Assembly (NCBI GenBank): GCA_003144275.1
Contig: NJBF01000009.1
Span: 7,653 to 39,652, forward strand
Source: Candidatus Heimdallarchaeota archaeon B3_Heim
GTDB taxonomy: Archaea > Asgardarchaeota > Heimdallarchaeia > Hodarchaeales > Hodarchaeaceae
Length of the DNA: 32,000 bases
Direction of reading: 5' to 3'
Shown: positions 9,240 to 17,036 of the stretch, piece after piece
Position numbering within the stretch: the stretch's first letter is position 1
Layout: every line of letters starts with the position of its first letter
Made by a program: the position numbers and the translations under genes
The notes under the pieces: generated by a model
What the model was told of the DNA's origin: nothing
Database searches by the model: none
What the model saw: only the letters and a program-made list of their open reading frames with translations

Positions 9240-9968
9240 TCATTGCTCGTATACATTCTTTTTCCTGTCATATTCAATACGCGTCATTACCTGCCTTGCA
9301 GGTGAGCCCATCATCACAGCTTCTTTAGGAACGTTTTTTGTAACGATAGATCCTGCCGTTATAACCGAATTCTCACCAATGACAATTCCAGGAAGAATAA
9401 CTGCCGCAATACCAATAACTGCACCATCTTTTACGTGTGTTTCAATTAATCGACTACTCACTGGGTATAGATCATTTGTAAAGCGAACTCCCGGACCTAG
9501 AAAAACTTCATCGCCTAATCTTATCTTAGGCGGAATGAAATTGTTTGATTGAATTCGTGCGTTCTTTCCTATGACGACATCTCCATCTATAATTGTCCCA
9601 CTACCAATGATGCTCCCCAATCCAATTTTGCACTTCTCACGAATCACCACATTTGTACCAGTTTCGACATGGTCTGCTAATTCTGTTCCCTCATAAATCG
9701 TTGTAAAAGCTCTAATATGATTTTTTTTTCCAAGAATCGTGCCAGATGATTTTTTATCATAATGTATGTCTAAATTAGATATGCTTTCCCTTTTTAACAT
9801 AATTTCTTTAGTTTTCGAACGAATAGGATAACCAATGATGACCGATGGATCAATTATTGAATTTTCACCTATTGTTGACGCACCATAAATAAAACTAGCA
9901 TTTGATACGTATGGTGAGTGTATTTTTGCACTTTTAGAAAGGAAATTGGAAACTTCCATTATAAACAT
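9240..9968 (-). CDS. Hexapeptide-repeat (LbH) N-acetyltransferase
   Basis: Repeated [IV]GxxxxIG units, FLGPGVRFTND and a GSPAR C-terminal motif. Confidence 0.88.
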   Translation of the reverse strand: MFIMEVSNFLSKSAKIHSPYVSNASFIYGASTIGENSIIDPSVIIGYPIRSKTKEIMLKRESISNLDIHYDKKSSGTILGKKNHIRAFTTIYEGTELADHVETGTNVVIREKCKIGLGSIIGSGTIIDGDVVIGKNARIQSNNFIPPKIRLGDEVFLGPGVRFTNDLYPVSSRLIETHVKDGAVIGIAAVILPGIVIGENSVITAGSIVTKNVPKEAVMMGSPARQVMTRIEYDRKKNVYEQ

Positions 9969-9973
9969 CTCAA

Positions 9974-10225
9974 TTATTGCTCAAGATTTGTTGATATAAC
10001 TGGGGATTTTGTATCCTCTTCCTCTTTTATTTCGGGAGGTAAAAAGAAATAAGTAATAAGAGTTAAAATGAAAATAATAAGCAAAATAATTAACGGAAAA
10101 ACACCATCAAATGGTATAAATGGAACTAGTGGTCCAAGAATTATAACCATAAATCCAATAATCATGGATGATATAACGGCCACAAGAACTCCTCGAAGGA
10201 GATTAAATAATGAATTTTCAACCAT
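9974..10225 (-). CDS. Small two-TM membrane protein
   Basis: Two hydrophobic segments followed by an acidic tail. The ATG at 10225 is preferred to the TTG at 10249. It sits in the same-strand run after nadC. Confidence 0.6.
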   Translation of the reverse strand: MVENSLFNLLRGVLVAVISSMIIGFMVIILGPLVPFIPFDGVFPLIILLIIFILTLITYFFLPPEIKEEEDTKSPVISTNLEQ

Positions 10226-10251
10226 TGTATGCACCGACTTTAGCAACAAAC

Positions 10252-11151
10252 CTATGTTTGAATTTTTAACGAGAAATCTAAAGATCTTACTGAATGAGTC
10301 AAAGCACCAATTGAAATTATATCTATTCCTTTTATCAAGTATTTCTCGATATTTTCTGGTTTTATTCCTCCACTGATCTCAATAAGTGGTTTCCTCTCAG
10401 TAATCCGATCATTCATAAAGGAAATTGCGTGTTGAATTTCTTCAGGAGTAAAATTATCAAGCATAATAACATCAGGATGTAAATTTAGCACACTTTTAAA
10501 TTCTTCAAGTGTTTCTACTTCGATATCAATTTTTTTACTGAATGATGATAGTTGTTGATATTTTGAAAGAATATCTGCAATTGATTCTCCCTCAAAAATC
10601 GCTAAGTGATTTTCTTTTATTAAAATTTCATCAGAGAGACTCCAACGATGTGTGTCACCACCACCAACTTTAACTGCATATTTTTCGAAATATCTGAAGC
10701 CAGGAGTTGTTTTACGGGTTGATGCAATTCTTAAGGACGCATCAGAGGTTGTTATCATGTTTACTAGTCGTTTAGTTTGTGTAGTAATACCCGATAGACG
10801 CATAATAATATTTAATATTGTTCGTTCAACCATGAGTATTATTTTACTACTTCCTCCAATAGTAAGAATGATATCCTTCTGAACTACCTGATCTCCGTCG
10901 TGTTTAATTATTTTTACTTCTAAACCAACTGCTTCTAGCAGAATACGCGCGAATTCAAGGCCACAGACATATCCTTGTTCCTTAGCAGTAAGATTGGCTT
11001 GGACGATTCTATCTGGTGTTATATCAGAAGTAATATCCCCAAATTCAAGATCTTCTTGGAGAAATTGCAGTAATTTTTTTTCTAGTAATTTAGGAGGAAG
11101 ATACGCCAAGTTTTTCACCTTTATGAAGTGGATTAGTGCTTTAAATTTCAA
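10252..11151 (-). CDS. nadC: Nicotinate-nucleotide diphosphorylase (quinolinate phosphoribosyltransferase)
   Basis: EDL..GDIT, TRKTTPG, GGG..HR, IKENH, EVE, MLDNF, SGGI and ISIGALTHS. The true start may be the TTG at 11109 (after GGTGA). Confidence 0.96.
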   Translation of the reverse strand: MKFKALIHFIKVKNLAYLPPKLLEKKLLQFLQEDLEFGDITSDITPDRIVQANLTAKEQGYVCGLEFARILLEAVGLEVKIIKHDGDQVVQKDIILTIGGSSKIILMVERTILNIIMRLSGITTQTKRLVNMITTSDASLRIASTRKTTPGFRYFEKYAVKVGGGDTHRWSLSDEILIKENHLAIFEGESIADILSKYQQLSSFSKKIDIEVETLEEFKSVLNLHPDVIMLDNFTPEEIQHAISFMNDRITERKPLIEISGGIKPENIEKYLIKGIDIISIGALTHSVRSLDFSLKIQT

Positions 11152-11229
11152 AAAGGGCTTCTGAATTAACTAAGATATAAATTTTCGATTGATATGTTTT
11201 CTAACATTCACGAGAAATATCAATTGAAG

Positions 11230-11588
11230 CATAATCATTTTTGTCCGACAAGGCAATATTTCTCGTATTCGCAGCCCTCTCTCTCACAATCTTAAAAGGC
11301 CTCCCTCCCTTACTTCTTCAACCCCGAGGTGATGACAAAAAAATATACATAATTCTTAGGTCATATTCCCTTGTAACTACGTTAGACGAGTTACCCGTCA
11401 AAGGCAAGAGAAGAATGGCCCAATCTGGTGGAAATTCTGAAGTGTTTGGGAAATCGCAAGAAGATCTGATTCAAGTAATCCCAATGGATAGCATACATTC
11501 TCTTGTTGCTAACCTGCCGGATAGCGGATGTGTGACTCATCCAGTCCAGAACTATTCTCTAAATAGTTGTCTGACAAATTTAGTCATG
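11230..11588 (+). mobile_element. 359-bp non-autonomous miniature relative (MITE-like, copy A) of the TnpB element at 27158-28568
   Basis: Left end 11230-11251 is 18/22 identical to 27158-27179. Right end 11567-11588 is 20/22 identical to 28547-28568. Internal 11370-11405 is 30/36 identical to tnpB 27904-27939, and 11516-11546 is 29/31 identical to 28488-28518. Confidence 0.85.
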
Positions 11589-11689
11589 AGCTTGTTATCA
11601 TTGAAGGAGAAAGGATGATAAACTTTTTATTTAGAGAATTTTCACGAAAATACCAAAGAAATACCAATTTCTAAGCTCGAGGATTTAAA

Positions 11690-12376
11690 TTGAAAGTTTC
11701 CTGTTTAATATCAGGAGGGAAAGACTCAGTTTTTGCATTATGGTGTGCCCTTCACCAATTTGAGGTTATTTCGCTTATAAATATTCAAGCGAGAACCTCT
11801 GATAGCTTTCTTTTTCACTTCCCGAACACCCAGTACGTATCCTTAATTGCAGAAATGTTGAGCTTACCACTCCTTACAGTAAAAACTACTTCCTCTAATG
11901 TGAATGAAGAGACATCAATGTTAAAACAAATATTCATTGATTCTGAAGCAGAAGCCATAATTACTGGAGGTATTAGATCAGAATTTCAAAGATACAAGTT
12001 CAATTATGCGGCTTTACAAGCAAATGTGAAGTGTTTTAATCCACTTTGGCGTCTTTCACCTAGGACTCTTATGGATGAACTACTAACAAACCATTTCCAT
12101 ATCATTCTTGTTTCTGTTTCCGCTATGGGTTTCGGGAAACACCTCTTAGGCAAGAAGCTAACGCCTGAGAAATTAAATGTGCTTAGGGCCTCAAATGAGG
12201 TTTCAGAATTAGCGACGACAGGAGAAGGAGGAGAATATGAATCATTTGTATTGGATGCCCCATTCTTTCCCTCCCGTATTATTGTGGATAAAGCCAAAGT
12301 ACATTGGAACGAATTCAGGGAGGAAGGGTACTTCGAGATAATTAAAGCATATTTGGAACTTAAAAGACCTAGATGA
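11690..12376 (+). CDS. dph6: Diphthine--ammonia ligase (PP-loop ATPase)
   Basis: SGGKDS, FHFPN, GGIRSEFQ, PLW and GEGGEYESFVLDAPFF. TTG start. Confidence 0.92.
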   Translation: MKVSCLISGGKDSVFALWCALHQFEVISLINIQARTSDSFLFHFPNTQYVSLIAEMLSLPLLTVKTTSSNVNEETSMLKQIFIDSEAEAIITGGIRSEFQRYKFNYAALQANVKCFNPLWRLSPRTLMDELLTNHFHIILVSVSAMGFGKHLLGKKLTPEKLNVLRASNEVSELATTGEGGEYESFVLDAPFFPSRIIVDKAKVHWNEFREEGYFEIIKAYLELKRPR

Positions 12377-12379
12377 TAA

Positions 12380-13243
12380 CTACAGTGGTTCATAGGTTAC
12401 CGATAGGCTTTCTATTGCTAAAATGCTTCCATTATCATCATCAGACAATGTAACAAAAATTAAATAAGGTTCTCCGGGATTAGTCAATTCGGATGAATTC
12501 AATTGGAAAAGATCCTCCTGAAAAGTGGTTGATTCGAACCCTTCCAATGTAAAGATATGTGAACTTCTGTTAATACTATTCAGTATGAAGAATAATCCGC
12601 TTGAGGAAGCTACAGAAAAATCTAACCGCAAATTCATATCCATACTTCCATTATTACTCAAAGAAAAGTTCATCGTTAGCCCTTCCTGACCAAAAGTTTG
12701 TGAGGGATTTAATGAAACCAGAGTAGTTGGTCCATAGGTGTCTCCAATGGTTAATACATCAGAGCTGAATGTTTTTGCGGATCTAGAGCTTGTTTTTCCT
12801 TGCGGAAACACAGTAACTTCAATAAAAATTGTGTCATTCCCAGGAATTAATTCATTCTGATCGATCGTGTTATCGCATGTGAGAGAAATTGTTTCAATGG
12901 CTAAACCTGGCAAGAGTATTTTCGATTGATCCATATACCAACCTGGAATTGGGGTTTTATCGAAATAAAGAAGTGAAAATGCATCAGCAGATATTTCAAC
13001 GTTTGTTCTTTCGGTATTCTGCAAAGTTATATCAAATCTATCAACTTTGATATCACTATCAGTGGTTTCAAAAGAAGAGATGGCTATAACTTCAACACCT
13101 AAAGGATCAGGAGTATTAATGGTACCAAACATCACTAAGGCGACTCCTAATCCAGCAACTACTACAAGTCCAATTAAAAGAACAGTGGCAATTACAGGAC
13201 TAATTCCTCTTTTTGTTTTTTTAGTAATAAGCCAATTCTTCAT
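12380..13243 (-). CDS. Archaeal type IV pilin-like protein (class III signal peptide) with beta-rich extracellular domains
   Basis: KKTKRG|ISPVIATVLLIGLVVVAG prepilin-peptidase motif and hydrophobic helix. The ATG at 13243 is preferred. Confidence 0.85.
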   Translation of the reverse strand: MKNWLITKKTKRGISPVIATVLLIGLVVVAGLGVALVMFGTINTPDPLGVEVIAISSFETTDSDIKVDRFDITLQNTERTNVEISADAFSLLYFDKTPIPGWYMDQSKILLPGLAIETISLTCDNTIDQNELIPGNDTIFIEVTVFPQGKTSSRSAKTFSSDVLTIGDTYGPTTLVSLNPSQTFGQEGLTMNFSLSNNGSMDMNLRLDFSVASSSGLFFILNSINRSSHIFTLEGFESTTFQEDLFQLNSSELTNPGEPYLIFVTLSDDDNGSILAIESLSVTYEPL

Positions 13244-13500
13244 AATTTCACATCTCACATCTTTTCTTAACTAGGGGTGATATTTACACAGAGGGAGAAA
13301 TTAGTAAAGGTAATTCAACGAAATTGAAAATCAATCGTATTATGATCTTTGTCCAAGTCTTCTCTTTTTTATCTTTCCTAACAAACATAAATCCTGATTC
13401 TGATTTTTCTCCATCAATTTCCGTAAGTTCATTTTTTAGGCTGTTATTGCTGGAATAATTTTATAATTCGCTCATTTTCCTTATCGATAGTAAAATAATT

Positions 13501-13610
13501 GAACCGGAACATCAACAAAGTTATCAGCGCAAAGCTTTTCTGCTAAGCCGGACGGTAATCAGCTTCATCGCAACGGGAAGGCCTCTGCTGACCGATACAT
13601 TAGCAGTCTT
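13501..13610. ncRNA. Candidate structured non-coding RNA/DNA island (unassigned)
   Basis: 54/110 G+C (49%) in an otherwise AT-rich spacer, several hairpins, and no start-containing ORF of useful length. Confidence 0.3.
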
Positions 13611-13636
13611 TATTGAAAAGATCCTCTAGTCTTGTT

Positions 13637-15475
13637 TTACCATCGTGAAAAACCAATTCCACAAGTTTCCGATATAAGTAACAAGAATAAAGCAATTTCC
13701 TCCATTTCTTGATTTGATTCTGATGCAACAAACGCAACTCCTTCTCCCTGATATAATGGTTGCAGAATCATTGATAGTATTGCATCTAACGTTTTACCCA
13801 GAGTCCACAAAGCTTCTGTTTCAATTTGCTCACGAATTTCTTTTTCATAAATGAAAGTTTTAAATTTTGATGGAATTTTTTCCTTAATAAAATCACGATT
13901 GGGAGGAATTACCAAAATGGCTCCTTCTCTTGGTATGTTAAATCTTGAAGAAAGTGTTTTAATATTCAGTTCTACTTGAGTAAGGTATTCTACGATGCTT
14001 AGCCATAATATTCCCCGTAGAGCAATTTTTTCATTTTCAGAAGAAACCCCTAAAGACACTGAACGTTCGTTGATTTCTAGGCTTCCTTCAAGCCTTGTTG
14101 CTAAGTCTTTTAACGAATCATGTATGCTTTCGAGTCTTGGTCCATATGTAGAGATATGATATTCAAAGCGATCACGCTTGCGGAACAAACTAACTGTAAT
14201 GTTTGATTCACTAGAAGGTACAACACTTGTTGGTGAGAGTTCAAGGGCCATGGGTGATGTATCTAGAACTACTGGAATGTCAGCGAAATTGTACTGTAAA
14301 CCGCTCTCTCTGGTTTTCTGTAGTTTTGCTTTAAGTCCGGGACTTAAGGCTTCTGTCGTTATGGAGCGTTTAATAACAGGTTTAACTATCGGTTGTTTTG
14401 TTGGAATTGCATCTGGCTCAGCATCTAGTTCAATAATAGGTGGTGGTGTGGTTTCTTCAATCGATGGAGTACCAATTAATGAGGATTGTGTCTGTAACTC
14501 ATCTTTTCCAACAACTAGTTCTTGAAGTTCGGGAAGTTCCGTAGTTTCTATTTCTCTTGATGGAGGAGTAAATTCTCGCATTTTATACATAACTGGAGCT
14601 GACATTGTTACTACAATGTCTTTTCCAGGTTGTATTACTGTTGAAAGTAATACATTGTTTCTGAGATAATTATCCTCACTTGAGGGAAACAGTGCCATGG
14701 ATTGAGCTATCTCTCGGGCATCCTCATTATCAATGAATTTTCTCATTTTTGCTGTATTGGTGTTCTCACCAAAAATTCTGCTAAGGACGTCATAAACATG
14801 CTCTCCTGCGTTTGCAGAAAAATACTGTTTGAGAGGTGATTCCAAACCGAAAATCAATATATTATCATTTTCCTCAACTCCAGGTATAGGAGTAAATGAC
14901 AGAACTCGCGAAGTCTTGGAAGCATCTATAATGGATAAAAGATCGCTTGTGTCATTTGGGTCTATGAAAACCAGTCTGGATACGACACTCTCAACCCCAT
15001 ATCTCAGATCATGAGCAAAAGCTGTAAGTAATACCAAAGCAGAAAGCATGCCATCTGGTGTTCGAGGAATGACATATATAGAATTTGCAGGAGATGTCAA
15101 TAATTGATAAAAGGTATCTAGATGTCTATTTTGAGCATCTAAGATATTTCCTTCCAGAAATTGTTCCACCAATTTTAATACAATTCCCATAGTAGGTACT
15201 ACTTGACGAGCACTTTTCTCTATAGGGATCAGCACAATTGCTACAAGATCGTCAATTCTTCTTACCTGTGGGAATAAAAATACCATCCGATGATTGGCAA
15301 ATCTAATAAAGTGAATTCTTTCTCCTCCCATAATCTTCTGTGAAAAAAGAGTGAGAACTTGGGTAACAGTTGCACTGATTTTTGAGTGTTGAGATAAAAG
15401 ACCTTTACCTGAGCTAAAAATTACTCTATTTTGGTGAACGACAAGGAGATCGGTAGAATCCATTCTTGTATCCAT
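13637..15475 (-). CDS. Hypothetical protein with N-terminal longin-like domain (possible DENN-like module), P/E/T-rich linker and unknown C-terminal alpha/beta domains
   Basis: The first ~105 aa follow a beta-beta-alpha-beta-beta-beta-alpha pattern (LLVVH..RVIFS / KISATV..LFSQKIMG / IHFIRF / RMVFL / LVAIVL / helix). The fold call is inference. Confidence 0.6.
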   Translation of the reverse strand: MDTRMDSTDLLVVHQNRVIFSSGKGLLSQHSKISATVTQVLTLFSQKIMGGERIHFIRFANHRMVFLFPQVRRIDDLVAIVLIPIEKSARQVVPTMGIVLKLVEQFLEGNILDAQNRHLDTFYQLLTSPANSIYVIPRTPDGMLSALVLLTAFAHDLRYGVESVVSRLVFIDPNDTSDLLSIIDASKTSRVLSFTPIPGVEENDNILIFGLESPLKQYFSANAGEHVYDVLSRIFGENTNTAKMRKFIDNEDAREIAQSMALFPSSEDNYLRNNVLLSTVIQPGKDIVVTMSAPVMYKMREFTPPSREIETTELPELQELVVGKDELQTQSSLIGTPSIEETTPPPIIELDAEPDAIPTKQPIVKPVIKRSITTEALSPGLKAKLQKTRESGLQYNFADIPVVLDTSPMALELSPTSVVPSSESNITVSLFRKRDRFEYHISTYGPRLESIHDSLKDLATRLEGSLEINERSVSLGVSSENEKIALRGILWLSIVEYLTQVELNIKTLSSRFNIPREGAILVIPPNRDFIKEKIPSKFKTFIYEKEIREQIETEALWTLGKTLDAILSMILQPLYQGEGVAFVASESNQEMEEIALFLLLISETCGIGFSRW

Positions 15476-15517
15476 GGTAATTCATTGGAATATTCTATAA
15501 GTTTGCTTATTAAGGTT

Positions 15518-16147
15518 TCAGGATCTAAAATTTGTAAGCTTAAAATCACCTTTTCGTAGGATTATTGGCTCATCAGGGGACGTTATATCAATAATAGTTG
15601 AAGGTGATCTTTGTGGTAAAATACCTTGATCAATCCACAAATCTACGCCTCTTGTTGAAAGATCATTAAATACTTCAGAAAAATTTATACTTGGTTCGTG
15701 ACCTGAGGTATTTGCTGAAGTACCGACAATTGGAGCCTCTATATTTCGTATAATACTTAGTAGGATATCATGTGCTGGTACACGACATGCAATTGTATTG
15801 TTACCAGATGTGTTTAAGTATGGAGATAGTTTTTTCAGGCCAGACATTTTCCAATCTACAATAAACGTAATTGGAGCAGGCCAAATTTCTCTAAGACTAT
15901 TGATGACGCTGCCAGGAGCCTCTATAAATTGAGATATCATATCTAAGGTCATTAATACACTTAATGGTTTTTCAAGAGACCTTTTCTTGATTTTAAAGAT
16001 CTTCTGTACATTTTTGTTATTTTGTTTTGTAGCAATAGTTCCTAATCCATAAACTGTATCAGTAGGAAATACAGCAATATCCCCTCTCCTCATTAATAAG
16101 GCAGCTTTACTTACTATTTCAGGATCACTTGTATCAAGAATTATCAA
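15518..16147 (-). CDS. tsaC: L-threonylcarbamoyladenylate synthase, single-domain TsaC/YrdC type
   Basis: FPTDTVYGL, KKR...KPLSV, WP.PIT, and TSANTSG. At 209 aa it has no SUA5 C-terminal domain. Confidence 0.93.
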   Translation of the reverse strand: MIILDTSDPEIVSKAALLMRRGDIAVFPTDTVYGLGTIATKQNNKNVQKIFKIKKRSLEKPLSVLMTLDMISQFIEAPGSVINSLREIWPAPITFIVDWKMSGLKKLSPYLNTSGNNTIACRVPAHDILLSIIRNIEAPIVGTSANTSGHEPSINFSEVFNDLSTRGVDLWIDQGILPQRSPSTIIDITSPDEPIILRKGDFKLTNFRS

Positions 16148-16223
16148 GAGAATTCCTCTCTTAAAATTTTCATATGAGGAATTTAAAAATTCGTACTGAT
16201 AATTAGCAATATTTATCTTTCAG

Positions 16224-16976
16224 TTATTGTTGTTGTTTCATCATATGGATAATGATTTCTCTTACGAGGCTTTCTACAGGTTTTATCACGCGATTTACAC
16301 TTGTAGGTCTATATTCTTTTTTCAACCTACCATTTTCATCCACTATTTTACTCCGATCACTACTGGAAAGGAGTTGTTTCAAATCGTCACGAGCATTCAG
16401 GCATGAAACTTCAATAATTCTGACTGCTGCATCTCTTAAACTAGTCACCGCACCAGATTCACTCAACAATTTTCCCACTTCAAAAGAAGAAATGCGTTGC
16501 ACGATGGGGAGGTCCATTTTATTTAGCATAATATGATATGGAAGAGAACCACTTGCTAGTTTATCACCAACAAGGTCATTAATTTCCCGAAGTGCAAATT
16601 TATTTTCCTCCCATCTAGATTTTTCAGAATCAACAACACAAATTAATCCATGGGCTCCTCTTAAGACAACTTTCCTCTGTCCTGAGTGACGTTCCTGACC
16701 AGGCACAGTAAATAAATGATATTTTAAAATAGGGAGACCTGCGCTCGTTTTACCAATTCCAAAAATACCCTGATCAAAGAAAAGAGTACGTCCTGTTGGA
16801 TCTTCCAATTTTAAGAATTTATAAACATTTTCTGGATCTTCAAGGCTTTTTAACACCTTTGTTATTGTTAAAGCTGTGGTTTTCCCAGCCAGAGTAGGTC
16901 CCCAAAATACTATTTTAACTACAGGGACTCCTTGGTGATCTCTTTTTATGGTTTCAAAGGTTGATTGTGCCTGCAT
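16224..16976 (-). CDS. MglA-like small GTPase
   Basis: KIVFWGPTLAGKTT, GRTLFFD, HLFTVPGQ, RKVVLRGAHGLICVVDS and NKMD, which are the signatures of the MglA family. The ATG at 16976 is preferred. Confidence 0.85.
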   Translation of the reverse strand: MQAQSTFETIKRDHQGVPVVKIVFWGPTLAGKTTALTITKVLKSLEDPENVYKFLKLEDPTGRTLFFDQGIFGIGKTSAGLPILKYHLFTVPGQERHSGQRKVVLRGAHGLICVVDSEKSRWEENKFALREINDLVGDKLASGSLPYHIMLNKMDLPIVQRISSFEVGKLLSESGAVTSLRDAAVRIIEVSCLNARDDLKQLLSSSDRSKIVDENGRLKKEYRPTSVNRVIKPVESLVREIIIHMMKQQQ

Positions 16977-17036
16977 GATAAACACCTTGTAATGGATAGG
17001 GATGGACGCGTGTGTATGCAAAAGAGCTTTTTCAAA

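Noticed and set aside
11373-11550. Resemblance of AACTACGTT and GGATG..CCAGTCC to HEARO/IscB omega-RNA motifs
   Set aside because: Both segments are explained by direct colinear homology to tnpB codons, copy B reads AACTGCGTT, and no IscB is present.
13501-13610. Assignment of the GC-rich island to SRP RNA, RNase P RNA, or a TPP/cobalamin/c-di-GMP riboswitch
   Set aside because: It is too short for SRP or RNase P RNA, and the diagnostic motifs (SRP helix 8, GAGGAAAGUCC, B12 box order, GNRA-capped P1) are missing. Kept only as an unassigned candidate.
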